Numbered from the stretch's first letter, positions 13,242 through 28,195 are shown. The stretch: 64,000 bases of DNA from Eledone cirrhosa (GCA_964016885.1 OZ024765.1:16554001-16618000), one strand, 5' to 3'. Numbers and translations are program-made. The notes: generated by a model from the letters alone, not told the origin.

Positions 13242-13685
13242 CACTTTAATGTTCAAACCGGCCAAAACCGGCTAGAATTCTCTACCTCTTTCTGTTGAAA
13301 CTGGCTGTAACTGGTCGTTCAAACTGATGTTAAGTTATTGTTCTCAAAATAAATAGTTTTAAAATCTCAAAGATTCGACATTATGTGAGATATTATGTGA
13401 GGTAAAGCCTTCACCATGAAAATATAATAGTACATGTAGAGTAATGTGAATGCAAAAGGGTTAACCCTTTAGCATTTAAACTGGCTGTATCCAGCCAGAA
13501 CTCTCCCACCTCTTTCTGTTGAAACTGTCCATATCCAGCTGCTCATACTTATGTTAAGGTATTATTCTCAAAATAAATAATATCAAAATCTCATAGATTC
13601 AATATTATGTAAGATAATTATGTGAGGTAAAGCCTTTACCGTAAAAATACAATAGTAAATGTAGAGTAATGTAAATGCTAAAGGG
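13242..13685 (+). mobile_element. Two tandem piggyBac-type MITEs sharing a central TTAA (13242-13460; 13465-13685)
   Basis: AAAGGG|TTAA|CCCTTT junction at 13461-13464; both bodies match 4626-4885. Confidence 0.85.
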
Positions 13686-14687
13686 TTGAATTAAAATTTT
13701 CCAACATAATTTTATATTAGAACCTTACATTAAGTTACTATCTTAGTAACGAAATAATTAATAATTTTAATAAATTTCTCAAAATTCTTCATTAATTAAT
13801 GAAAATAGTGTGTATTTCTTTAGAAATGTGATCACAAAAGGGTTAAAATTAAACTCAAAATGTAGCAAAGCTATAAATATATCTCTGCAAGTCATTTTGT
13901 ATATTGTCCTAGCAAATATGGAATCCACCACCCTACTAGGAGCTGGGTTAATTTCAAAAGATAAGGCTGGATTGTTAAACTGGAGGGCAAAAATATTCAT
14001 CTTAGAAAGAGAAAAGGCAGTTACTGAGTGCAAATTTCAACCAAAGTATGTAGAACTATAAATACTGTATATACTTGAATATTATGAATATTAGATCACA
14101 TATTCCCCCACTTATATTTGAGTATATAAGCTGATATATAATTAAGCTGACACCTCTATTTTATGCTTGAGAAATGGGCAAATATCCAAAACCCCTTTAT
14201 AAGGCAAGTCAAATAATCAATACATAGTTTAGATGCTGTTTATAAGCCAATCTCTGCATTTTACCATCATTTTGGGGGGTCACATATTCCTTAGCTTATA
14301 TTTGAGTAGATAAGACACTGAGTAGATAAACCAGCTTCCTATTTTATGTCTTAGAAAGGGGCAAGTATCCAAACCCCTTTTAAAAGCTGAGGCAGCTAAT
14401 CAACACATTATTTACATGGTATATATAAGCCGACCTCCCCCACCCCAAATTACCATCAATTTTCGGGCCACATATTCCATGGTTTATATTCAAGTACATA
14501 AGCTGATCTGAATATAAGCAAACTCCCTTATTCTATGTCTGAGAAATGGGCAAAAAACCTACACTCCATGTATAAGTCAAGACAGCTAATCAACACATTG
14601 TTTAGCTGGCAGGCATAAGCCAACACCCCACCTCGCCCAAATTTTACCTTCAATTTTTTTGTCACATATTCCTCAGCTTATATTTAA

Positions 14688-14907
14688 CCCTTTACTGTTC
14701 AAACTGGCCAAAACCGACCAGAATTCTCTACCTCTTTCTGTTCAAACTGGCTGTAACTGGCCGCTCAAACTGATGTTAAGGTATTGTTCTCAAAATAAAT
14801 ACTTTCAAAATCTCATAGATTCGATATTATGTGAGATAATTATGTGAGGTAAAGCCTTTACCATGAAAATATAATAGTATATATAGAGTAATGTCAATGC
14901 TAAAGGG
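14688..14907 (+). mobile_element. piggyBac-type MITE nested in the Tc1/mariner element
   Basis: TTAA|CCCTTTA ... TAAAGGG|TTAA with the TTAA duplicated on both sides. Confidence 0.9.
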
Positions 14908-15194
14908 TTAAGTATATAAGCCACTCCATATATAAGCCAGACCATATATAAGCCAGACTGTATATAAGCCACTCCATATATAAGCCAGATCGTATATAAG
15001 CCACTCCATATGTAAGCCAGACTGTATATAAGCCAACTCCTTATCTCATGTCTGAGAATAGGGCAAAGATCCAAACCACATTTATAAGCCGATGTAACAA
15101 ATGAACACATTGTTTAGATGGCATATATAACCATAGATATTTTTTTGTGTCACATATTCCTAGTCTTAAATATGAGTATATAAGATAATCAGTG

Positions 15195-15690
15195 TGAGTC
15201 GGACCTTCATAAAGACACTCAGATGGTGGATGGGTGCTACATAAGAAAGCTGAGGATGGCTCTGAACATTAATCAGTATACACTGAGGATAAAGAACTCA
15301 GAGCTGTACAGGAGCCTCCCAAAAGTCAATTCGAAAGTAACACAGAGGAGACTGAGGTTAGCTGGACATGCTCACCGACATCCAGAGTTAAGACTGCACT
15401 CAGTGCTCCTGTGGGACGTCCTGCATGGACACACTGTTGAGAGGGAGATCGAGGTTAGCTGGACATGCTCACCGACATCCACAGTTGACACTGCACTCAG
15501 TGCTCCTGTGGGAGCCCCTACATGGACACAGTAGAAGAGGGAAACCAAGGTTGACATATATTGATACCCTAAGGACAGACACTAGTCTCATGGAGAAGCA
15601 GAACATGGCAGCAATGATGAGGGACAGAGGCCGCTGGAGAGAACTCGTCTATGGATCTCAGGAATTTACCCGCCCCTAGATAGATAAGAT
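15195..15690 (+). pseudogene. 5'-truncated RTE-group LINE 3' fragment with an internal duplication
   Basis: DGCYIRKLRMALNI...RRLRLAGHAHRHP...LLWEPLHGHSRRGKPRLTYID is a typical RTE post-RT C-terminus; the LAGHAHRHP segment is duplicated; short (TAGA) tail. Confidence 0.8.
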
Positions 15691-16069
15691 AATCTGTATA
15701 TAAGCTGCCCCTATTTTATGTCTGAGAAATGAGCAAAATGTGAAACCCCATTTATATTCAACACATTGTTTTGATGCCATATGTAAACCCCAGCCCTTTT
15801 TTTCCCATATATATTTATTTTTGTCACATAGTACCTGTATTCTTATATTCAAGTATATAAGCCGATCTGTATACAAGTCGACACGCTACTATTTTATGTC
15901 TGAGAAATGGGCAAAAATCTAAACTCCATGTTTAACCCTTTAGCATTTACATTACTCTATATTTACAATTGTATTTTCACAGTAAAGGTTTTACCTCACA
16001 TAAATATCTCACATAATATCGAATATATGAGATTTTTATATTATTTATTTTGAGAACAATGCCTTAACA

Positions 16070-17043
16070 CAGTCATGGGCAACTTGCAGCCCGCAAAGCT
16101 TTCTGAATGGCTCAGCTAAGTCACCTAAGTGAAATCTTTCTGGTGTTTTACCCCAACTTTTAAGATGTAATTTGTCTTTCTATCATTTTTACGATCAAGG
16201 AAATTAGCATGTACGAATTCTGAAGAAACAAATCAAAACAACCTGAGTTATCAACTTTTTTTTTTTTTTACTGTGGGCATGCATGTAAATTAGCGCTTGA
16301 GGCCCACCTGATGATGAGCCATATCCCATGCAGTCCACCTGATGATGAGCTATATCTCATGTAGTCCACCTGATGATGAGCTATATCTCATGCAGTCCAC
16401 CTGATGATGAGCCATATCTCATGCAGTCCACCTGATGATGAGCCATATCTCATGCAGTCCACCTGATGATGAGCCATATCTCATGCAGTCCACCTGATGA
16501 TGAGCCATATCTCATGCAGTCCACCTGATGATGAGCCATATCCCATGCAGTCCACCTGATGATGAGCTATATCTCATGCAGTCCACCTGATGATGAGCCA
16601 TATCTCATGCAGTCCACCTGATGATGAGCTATATCTCATGCAGTCCACCTGATGATGAGCTATATCTCATGTAGTCCACCTGATGATGAGCTATATCTCA
16701 TGCAGTCCACCTGATGATGAGCCATATCTCATGAGGCCCACCTGATGATGAGCCATATTTCATGCAGTCCACCTGATGAGCTATATATCATGTAGTCCAC
16801 CTGATGATGAGCTATATATCATGTAGTCCACCTGATGATGAGCTATATATCATGTAGTCCACCTGATGATGAGCTATATCTCATGCAGTCCACCTGATGA
16901 TGAGCCATGTCTCATGCAGTCCACCTGATGATGAGCTATATCTCATGCAGTCCACCTGATGATGAGCTATATCTCATGTAGTCCACCTCATGATGAGCCA
17001 TGACTCATGCAGCCTCCTTCTTGAAAGAGGTTGCCCATGCCTG
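16070..17043. mobile_element. hAT-type non-autonomous transposon with 8-bp TSD
   Basis: TIRs CAGTCATGGGCAAC / GTTGCCCATGCCTG (13 of 14 match); direct repeat CCTTAACA at 16062-16069 and 17044-17051. Confidence 0.9.
16304..17012. repeat. 31-bp minisatellite (~23 copies) inside the hAT element
   Basis: Unit CCACCTGATGATGAGCYATATCTCATGCAGT. Confidence 0.95.
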
Positions 17044-17579
17044 CCTTAACATATGTATGAGCAGCTGGCTACAGCCAATTTGAACAGAAAGAGGTGAGAG
17101 AATACTGGCCAGATATGGCTGGTTTAAATGCTAAAGGGTTAACAAGTGTATATAAGTCCCACCACCCCCACCCCACACACACGCGCGCGCACACAACAAT
17201 TAGCCATCGATTTTTTTTTTTTTAGTCACATATTCCTCAGTTTATATTCAAGTATATATGGTAAATCTCTGCAAGTCATTTTCTATATTGCTCCACCAAA
17301 TCTGGAATCCAATCCACAACCCTAGTGATGGGGGTAAGGTAGGGTGGGGATTTTAAGTTCAGGATGTAAGGACAGCTAATTAGACTGAACGACATTGAAA
17401 CTGCTTCTTTATCATTTCAAGAAATTCCCAGCCGTTCTCTAGTCAAACATTCTTTGACATAATTACCTCCCTTAGTACACAATAAGTTCCACTTCATTAA
17501 GGATAAAAATGTAGTATGTTGTTCTGTTGAAATTCTCGAGCTTCCTAAATCTGACTGAGCACTCAACCATGTGTGGTTA

Positions 17580-18491
17580 AACACACACACACACACATTT
17601 CCACACACTTTCACACACATGCAGAACCACTCACAGAGCTAAACATTTACACACACAAACACACATAAATATGCACACACACAGACACAAAAATGCACAC
17701 ACACACATCCACAGATACACACATGCACAGAGCAACACAGGGCCAAACATATACACATACATATATACACACATACCCACACACACACACGCATATACAC
17801 ACACTCGCACATGCACAAACACACACATGCACATACCCACACACACACAGAGCAACACACAGACACAGCTATACACACAGGGCCAAACATATACACATAC
17901 ATATATATGCACATACTCGCATCCACACATGTATATGCACATATATACACTCATTCACAGACAACAACACACAGGCACATACAGGGCTAAACATATATAC
18001 ACGCAAACACAAATATATATATATATATATATGCACATACCAACATACAGACACACAAAAACACACAAACACACATATGTACACACACACACTCAAACAC
18101 ACACATGTACACACACACAAAACACACATGTACACACACATGTACACACACACAACTATACCCACACACACAACTATGCCCATACATGCACACACACAAC
18201 TATGCACAAACTCACACACACACAACTATGCCCATACACACACACACACAACTATGCCCATACAAGCACACACACAACTATGCCCATACAAGCACACACA
18301 CACACACACATAGCATGTAGAGTTACACACATACACACCCACATATGCATATATATATGAACACCTACATATGCATATATATATATATATATATATATAT
18401 ACACCTACATATGCATATATATATACACACCATATGCATACTCACACCCACATGTATATACAAACCTACATATGCATACACATACCCATAC

Positions 18492-18530
<39 letters not shown>

Positions 18531-18533
18531 TAA

Positions 18534-18575
<42 letters not shown>

Positions 18576-18607
18576 CCACAACTATATACACACACACACA
18601 CATATAT

Positions 18608-18670
<63 letters not shown>

Positions 18671-20015
18671 AATATATATACACATACATATATATATATA
18701 TATATAAACACACATTAATAAATACCAACACGATGTTCCACTATAAAATACACACATTCACAACAACACACATATGTATATATATATACACACACACACA
18801 ATAATAAATACAAACATATATAAACACACATTAATAAATATACACATGTATAAACGCACACACACGTATAAACACACACATTCATTAATAAATACACACT
18901 TATAAGCACACACATCAATTAATAAATACACACACATATAAACACACACAGACATATTAATAAATACACACGTACATACACATACACAATAAATACACAC
19001 ATACATACACACACATTAATAAATAGCCCCACATATACACACACACACATTAATAAACACATGCATACAGACACACAAATATACACACACATAAATATAC
19101 ACACATATATACACACACACGCGTATGCACATACACACACATGTATGTACATACACACACAAACACACACACACACACAGCATTAATAAATAGCCCTACA
19201 TATATACACACACATTAATAAACACATGCATACACACGCACATGCATACACACACACATAAATATACACACAGACATATACACACACGTGTATGTACATA
19301 CACACATATGTATGTACATACACACACACACGTATGTACATACACACATATGTATGTACATACACAAACACACACACATACTTATACACACACATAAATA
19401 TACACACAGACATACACACACACACGTGTATGTACATACACACAAATATACATACATACTTATACACACACACACACACACACACACACCATTAATAAAT
19501 AGCCCTACATATATACACACACATTAATAAACACACACATTAATAAAGACATGCATACACACACACATAAATATACACAGACATATACACACATACGTGT
19601 ATGTACATACACACACACAAACATGCACACATACTTATATACTTATATACACAAACAACATTAATAAATAGACCCACATATATACACACACACATTGATA
19701 TACACACATACACACACACGTGCATACACACCCGTAACTATACACACAGACACACACACGTGTATGTACATACACACACACATACATAAATACACACACA
19801 CATACAAACATACATATATATATATATATACACACATTAATAAATAGCCCCATATAGACACACACACACATTAATAAACACACATGCATACACACATACA
19901 TATGTACACACACACACACAAATATACACACACACGTGTATGTACATACACACACAAACACACACACACACACATACACACACACACACATATATATATA
20001 TATACACACACATTA
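17580..20015. repeat. Compound CA/TA microsatellite region
   Basis: Direct reading. Confidence 0.95.
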
Positions 20016-20380
20016 ATAAACAGTGCTACATGGTGATGCAATGGCGACTATAATTAAAGTGAAGTTAACAACAGTTAAAGGAAGCACCACAAATTGATGG
20101 AATGAGAAATCAGTAGAGAAGAGGGGTAGAAAGGAAGAGAGAGGGAGGGTAGAAAGGAAGAGAGAGGGAGGGTAGAAAGAAAGAGAGAGGGAGGAGAGAG
20201 AGGGGTGCATCCCATCATGCAATATGGCAGAGTTCAATATTGATTTTGGCCCTGAGCTGACTAGTTTTCATAGATGGCAATACTGGTCGACATATATTGA
20301 TTAGATATTACCTGTATGAAGGTGTGTGTGTGTGTGTATATATGAATACATATATGTATATATGAATATATATGAATATA

Positions 20381-20414
<34 letters not shown>

Positions 20415-21847
20415 AATAGTAATAATAATAAATTTGAAGATGAAAATCCAAAGAGGGCTCGATAAGGATAAATATATAAGAACCGTAGAGCAAATATTTA
20501 TTAAAATAACAGATTTAAGATTAAGCAAAGAATCGCTGCTTTCACCCTTAACGGGATCTTCGGAAACTAAAAAAAATCAATCTCTGAATGCAGAAGTAAA
20601 TATTTCAAAAAACGTTGCAACCGAAGGAAGACAGGAAGACGATAGTTTGGTTTGTGGAAACGTTCCCTGGCAAAGAACGGGGAAAAAAGATGATAATAAG
20701 TCATAATTTGGTGCGATGAGAACAATTACACGCAAAGACAGAACCACGTTTATGGTATAAATGAAGTCGTAGACTAATAATCTATTAGGTGGTTCGTGGA
20801 GACGTTCGCTGGCAATGAACGGAAAAAGCGAAGATAATACGTCATTTTGTGGACCGGTGAGAACAATTGCACGCAAAGACAAAACCATGTAAATGGTATA
20901 ACTGAAGTAATAGACTAAAATTCTATTTAGGAAACCGAATGATTACCTGCTTCAAAGTTAAGAATAATGTAAATAAATTACAGAGGTAATTGAAATCAAC
21001 AAAAATTAAATATATACATGCACGCAACTATATACGTACATACGCATGCATACGCGAAAACACCCGCCATGAGTATGCAAAATCAAGCACGTACACAAAA
21101 AAACACGCACGCACATACAGAACCCATGCAACGCCTGTATCCGCACTCATACGAATGTATACACCAAATACACATAAAAATATATATAAAAAAATATATA
21201 TACATATATACATGTGTGTGTCTGTGTGTATACATATAATTATATAAACGTATATAAATATACACACATAAATACGTATATAATGCGTGCGCTCACATTC
21301 CTACATGTAAATACAGATGTGTTCACTAAACGCACGTCAACCAAAACACAAAGTTCACATACACACACACACCCTACATGTGTACGAACCCGCATACTGA
21401 CACAGGCGCAAAACTCACGTATACACATAACCATATTTGGTTATGTGCATACGTGAGTTATATATATATATAAATATATATATATAAATATATATTGTTA
21501 TACTTGGGGAGGGTCATATTTGTGTAATATTGCCAGAATTAATAACAGAACACACTCACTGTTTGGTTGGTTTTCGCTTCTCGCTGTCATTTCTAAATTT
21601 ATATATATATATATTTATATATATATATAAATATATATATATATAAATATATATAAATATAAATATATATATATATAAATATATATAAATATAAATATAA
21701 ATATATATAAATATATATAAATATAAATATATATATATATAAATATATATAAATATAAATAAATATATATATATATATAAATATAAATATATATAAATAT
21801 AAATATATATATAAATAAATATAAATATATATAAATATAAATATATA

Positions 21848-24756
21848 CATTCAGTAACCTCCACTTGGAAGTCGAGGTGAAAGTGAAAAATTTCAAAGCC
21901 ATCCGTGCTGATCGCGCTGGCAGAAGAAAGGGCGGAACTGCCATTTATGTCCATAATTCTTTCTCAACAGAGGCTATGAACATATTCACTAATGGATACT
22001 GTGAAGCAGTCACTGTATTCAGTCAAACCAACAACCTATTAGTAGTTGGGCTCTATAGGCCACCCCAAACGCCTGTACCATGCTTCAAGGAATGCCTCAA
22101 CAGCATAAAGTGTTTCATCCAAGAGTGTCACCCTGACAACATCTTAATGATGGGGGACTTCAACCTCCCCGGAGTTGACTGGTCCACAAACAGCCTGCCA
22201 CCAGGTTCTTCTGCCTCAACCTCTGACAGGGAAGCTGTGGAATCGCTTCTTGACTTCATGGATGATTTCTTCCTATCCCAACTGGTGCTCGAACCAACGA
22301 GGTGCCACAAAAACGTCCTAGACTTAATTTTCAGCAATCACACTGACAATATCCACAATATTGAAGTGGAGAAAACTCTACTCTCTGATCATGACATGGT
22401 TCTCTGTGATCTGAGATTCCACCGTCCAATATACAAACCCAATGTCATCTCTCCTGTCCATCCGTTTGACGCTATGGATTTCCACAATGCAAACTGGGAA
22501 GCGATCAGTCATGATCTTGCACATGTCGACTGGTCCTTCACGCACACGCATACACCCACTAACATCAAAAAGTCCTGGCAGACATTTGTGGACACTGTTA
22601 CAAACATATGTGCTAAACACACCCCATTAAGAACTATAAACAAATCTAAGAGCAGAATCCCTAGAAATAGAAAAACGCTCATCAGAAAAATTAAGAGAAC
22701 AAACAAAAAAATCAACAAGCTGAAATACTGTCAGCAGCAACACATCAACTTGACTGCCATTTCATCACTAGAGATTAAAAAACATAACCTCCAAAACAAC
22801 ATAATGTCCCTCATCAACAATCAGAGAAGAGCTGAAGAGGCCTGGGCCATTGAGAAGATCAAACTCAATCCCAAAGTGTTCTTTTCATTTGCAAAAAAAC
22901 ACAAAATCACTGGCTCTACTGTTGGCCCTCTAATTGATGAAAATGGCACTCTTCAAGACAATGCTAAAACCATGGGTGAGATACTGCAGAAACAATACTG
23001 CTCTGTTTTCAGCAATCCTGATATGGCCGATCTGGGCTGTATCGACGATGTTACTCCCCATTACACCTTATCGGACATAACGTTTGGCGCCCCTGATGTC
23101 TTGGCGGCAATAAAGGAAATCAAGCATAATTCAGCAGTAGGTCCCGATAGGTTCCCTGCTTGTGTCTTGAAGGCGTGTCAACACCAACTTGCATCTCCTC
23201 TTGCCAATCTGTGGCGGAACTCACTGGATGCTGGATATGTGCCAGAAAACCTTCTATCCCAGTCTGTTGTCCCAGTTTTCAAAAAGGGAAACAAATCCCT
23301 TGCCGTGAATTACCGTCCAATCTCACTCACCTCTCATATCATTAAGGTATTTGAGAGAGTGGTGAGATCGCGAATGACCCACTTCCTTGAGAGTAACAAT
23401 ATGCTGAACTCCAACCAGCATGGATTCCGTAATGGAAGGGATTGCCTGACGCAGCTACTGCATCACTTTGATGACATTTTGAGAGCCTTGGGAGAGGGTT
23501 CCAACACTGATGTTATCTACCTTGATTTCAGCAAGGCCTTTGACAGGGTTGATCATAACATTCTACTGAGAAAGCTGTCCAATATTGGTGTCACTGGAAA
23601 GCTGCTACAGTGGATCAAGAGCTTCCTGTCAAACAGAACCCAACATGTTGTAGTTGAGGGAGTCAAAACAAGCCCAGCCAAAGTCAGTAGTGGGGTCCCA
23701 CAAGGCACTGTGTTGGGCCCACTTCTCTTCATCATCTATATTAATGACATCACTGACATCATCAAACACAGCAACATTAAAATTTTCGCTGATGATTCCA
23801 AGCTCCAAAAGGTCATCAATGGCGTGGATGACCGGATAAGCCTTCAGTCAGACCTACTGGCTGTTACCCAATGGGCGGAAAAGAACAACATGTTACTGAA
23901 CGAAGACAAATTCGAACTGATCCACTTTGGAAAAGAGGATGCTCTGAAACTCCCGTACTCCCTTCCCTCCGGGGAAACTCTCGTGGCATCTTGCAACATC
24001 AGAGACTTGGGAGTAACCGTGGACAGCAACATAAGCGACCACGCATATAAGCAGCAAAGTTGACATGGCCCGCAGAATGTGTTCCTGGATCCTCAGAACC
24101 TTCCAGTCGAGAGATTCCCGCACCATTATACTTCTCTTCTCTACTTTCGCCCGACCACACCTTGAATACTGTTGTCCACTGTGGTCTCCCCACACGAAAC
24201 AAAGTATCATGAAACTTGAAGCTCCTCAAAGGGCAATCACGAAAAAGATAGATGGCATGTCAGACCTTGACTACTGGGGTCGATTAGAAAACCTGAAACT
24301 TTACTCACTCCAACGTCGCCGTGAGCGTTATATTATCTGCATGATGTGGAAAATGTTCCATCATCACTGCCCAAATGATGTTGGCATCGCCTTCAAGATA
24401 CACCCAAGGCTTGGGCCCCGTGCTATCCGTCCCATTCAAAAATCTAAATCGCAACTCATAACAACAATACGGCACAATTATTTCACCTCAATCCGCACTG
24501 CTCTCTTCAACATCACACCAGGACACGTCAAAACAGAAACTGACCACACAAAATTCAAGAAGTCTTTGGACAAATTCCTCCAAGTAATCCCGGACAAACC
24601 ACCCACACCCGGATATGTCTCCGCAAACAGTAATTCTCTTCTCGAATGGGCCATGGTGCCCAAATCCTGAATTGAAAGACTTCGCCAGGTGGTGCTATTA
24701 AGTTAGACATGGCCTGGGCCAATACTGGCCAAAGCATTTCAAAGTTATTCAAAGTT
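21848..24756 (+). mobile_element. 5'-truncated CR1/L2-group LINE: APE endonuclease plus reverse transcriptase ORF2, one frameshift at ~24036
   Basis: APE motifs YRPP, MGDFN, LDL, SDH; RT motifs NYRPISLTS, QHGFR, YLDFSKAFDRV, SGVPQGTVLGP, FADD; C-terminus RPHLEYCCPLWSP...LQRRRERY; short-repeat tail (TTCAAAG); flanked by (AT)n. Confidence 0.95.
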
Positions 24757-24770
24757 ATATAAATATAAAT

Positions 24771-24821
<51 letters not shown>

Positions 24822-24840
24822 AATATATATATATATAAAT

Positions 24841-24871
<31 letters not shown>

Positions 24872-24874
24872 AAT

Positions 24875-24905
<31 letters not shown>

Positions 24906-24908
24906 AAT

Positions 24909-24939
<31 letters not shown>

Positions 24940-24956
24940 AATATATATATAAATAT

Positions 24957-24987
<31 letters not shown>

Positions 24988-25063
24988 AGTATAAATATAT
25001 ATATATATAAATATATATATATATAAATATATATATATATAAATATATATATATATAAATATT

Positions 25064-25200
25064 TTTCTGAAGACGGCGTATATATGTGTTGGTATGTATA
25101 TTTAATCTTGATAGTTTGTATAATTTTGTACATAGATCTGTTGAATATGCATGCCAATTCTAACACATATATATCCTAGAAACGATCGTTAAATAATGAA
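25064..25200 (+). ncRNA. Type I hammerhead-like motif with extended stem II (5' strand of stem I truncated)
   Basis: CTGAAGA (25067) ... long hairpin ... GAAACGATCGTT-AAATAATGAA; paralog of 51649-51803. Confidence 0.5.
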
Positions 25201-25259
25201 CTTTTTTTGTTTAATATAAGGAACTGTCTCATTGTTTATTCATTATTTGTTTAATATTT

Positions 25260-25293
<34 letters not shown>

Positions 25294-25318
25294 AATATAT
25301 ATATAAATATATATATAA

Positions 25319-25365
<47 letters not shown>

Positions 25366-25384
25366 TATATATGTATATATATAT

Positions 25385-25415
<31 letters not shown>

Positions 25416-25428
25416 AATATATAAATAT

Positions 25429-25501
<73 letters not shown>

Positions 25502-25532
25502 AATATATATAAATATATATATATATATAAAT

Positions 25533-25599
<67 letters not shown>

Positions 25600-25646
25600 A
25601 ATATATATATATATAAATATATATATATAAATATATATATAAATAT

Positions 25647-25733
<87 letters not shown>

Positions 25734-25774
25734 AATATATATATATAAATATATATAAATATATATATATAAAT

Positions 25775-25805
<31 letters not shown>

Positions 25806-25862
25806 AATATATATATATAAATATATATATAAATGTATATATATATATATATATATATATAA

Positions 25863-25899
<37 letters not shown>

Positions 25900-25930
25900 A
25901 ATATATATATAAATATATATATATATATAA

Positions 25931-25991
<61 letters not shown>

Positions 25992-26030
25992 TATATATAA
26001 ATAAATATATATATAAATATATATATATAA

Positions 26031-26071
<41 letters not shown>

Positions 26072-26450
26072 TATATATATATAAATATATATATATAAAT
26101 ATATATATATATAAATATATATAAATAAATATATATATAAATAAATATATATTTATATATATATATATAAATATATATTTATATATATATAAATATATAT
26201 AAATATATATATATAAATATATATATATAAATATATATATATATAAATATATATATAAATATATATATAAATATATATATAAATATATATATAAATATAT
26301 ATATAAATATATATATAAATATATATATAAATATATATATATAAATATATATATATAAATATATATATATAAATATATATATATAAATAATATATATATA
26401 AATATATATATATATAAATATATATGTAAATATATATATATATATATATG

Positions 26451-26490
<40 letters not shown>

Positions 26491-26536
26491 TATATATAAA
26501 TATATATATATAAATATATATATATAAATATATATG

Positions 26537-26606
<70 letters not shown>

Positions 26607-26664
26607 TATATATAAATATATATATATAAATATATATATATAAATATATATGTAAATATATATG

Positions 26665-26700
<36 letters not shown>

Positions 26701-26980
26701 TATATGTAAATATATATGTAAATATATATATATATATATATATAAATATATAAATCGCTCACACGATTTTTCCATTATATATAAATATATATATATATAT
26801 AAATATATATATAAATATATATATATAAATATATATGTAAATATATATATATATATATATATAAATATATAAATCGCTCACACGATTTTTCCATTATATA
26901 TAAATATATATATATATATAAATATATATATAAATATATAAATCGTTCACACGATTTTTCCATTATATATAAATATATAT

Positions 26981-27011
<31 letters not shown>

Positions 27012-27088
27012 AATCGCTCACACGATTTTTCCATTATATATAAATATATATATATATATATATAAATCGCTCACACGATTTTTCCATC

Positions 27089-27132
<44 letters not shown>

Positions 27133-27167
27133 TATATATATATAAATCGCTCACACGATTTTTCCAT

Positions 27168-27210
<43 letters not shown>

Positions 27211-27281
27211 CGCTCACACGATTTTTCCATTATATATAAATATATATATATATAAATATATATATATAAATATATAGATAT

Positions 27282-27318
<37 letters not shown>

Positions 27319-27473
27319 AATATATATATATAAATATAATATATATATATATATATATATAAATATACATATATATATATATAAATATATATATATAAAT
27401 ATAATATATATATATATATATAAATATAATATATATATATATATATAAATATAATATATATATATATAAATAT

Positions 27474-27525
<52 letters not shown>

Positions 27526-27770
27526 AATATCATATATATATATATATATATAAATATAATATATATATATATATATAATATATATATATATATATAAAAA
27601 AAAATATTGTTATACTTTGGGAGGGTCATGTTGCCAATAAGAAACACACGCACCAGTTGCTTTCACTTCAATTTAATTTAATATATATTTATAAATTTAC
27701 AAATTTATAAATTTCTGGTTGGTTGGTTGGTTCCACAACCAGATAGTTGTTTATATATATATATATATAT

Positions 27771-27815
27771 AGTCATAGTTCTTTCGTCACACACTCTGTG
27801 ACCTCTTCAGTGACT
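27771..27815 (-). ncRNA. Minimal type I hammerhead ribozyme motif
   Basis: Minus strand: AGTCA-CTGAAGA-G-GTCACA-gagtg-TGTGAC-GAAA-GAAC-TA-TGACT. Stem I 5 bp, stem II 6 bp, intact core, CUA site. Confidence 0.75.
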
Positions 27816-27987
27816 GGGGATTTCTTTCTTCGTTTCTGTGCCTTTCCTTTCTTCTATCCTACGCCATTTTGTTTGTGTGTGGGTTGCGTGCTCAGTTTGC
27901 GCATGCGCCACATCCGGGTGTCTGTGTGTGTTTGTGTTCAACACAATATATATATATATATATATAAATTTATATATATATATATAA

Positions 27988-28040
<53 letters not shown>

Positions 28041-28058
28041 TATAAATATATATATATA

Positions 28059-28090
<32 letters not shown>

Positions 28091-28195
28091 AATATATATA
28101 TAAATATATATATATAAATATATATATAAATATATATGTATAAATATATATATAAATATATATGTATAAATATATATATAAATATATATGTATAA

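Larger units (their letters stand above)
15936..17138 (-). mobile_element. piggyBac-type MITE (inverted) split by a hAT element
   Basis: TTAA|CCCTTTAGCATTT ... AAATGCTAAAGGG|TTAA; the two halves rejoin to the family sequence. Confidence 0.85.
14065..17261. mobile_element. Tc1/mariner(pogo)-type non-autonomous element with degenerate ~180-bp internal repeats and nested insertions
   Basis: TA|CTGTATATACTTGAATAT ... ATATTCAAGTATATATGG|TA. Rejoined flanks match an uninterrupted paralogous site at ~13871 (CTATAAATATATCTCTGCAAG). Confidence 0.75.

Noticed and set aside
16304-17012. CTGATGA repeated ~23 times (hammerhead or retrozyme array; snoRNA boxes)
   Set aside because: The unit has no GAAA core or stems; ordinary minisatellite.
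20535-20570. Hammerhead-like C(C/A)GAAGA...GAAA (minus strand here; plus strand at ~28287)
   Set aside because: The core is non-canonical in both copies and stems I and III do not pair.
26752-27231. CRISPR-like repeat-spacer array
   Set aside because: Spacers are pure (AT)n of irregular length, the context is eukaryotic and there are no cas genes; kept only as a repeat finding.
25251-27653. Poly-IY ORFs
   Set aside because: (AT)n translation.
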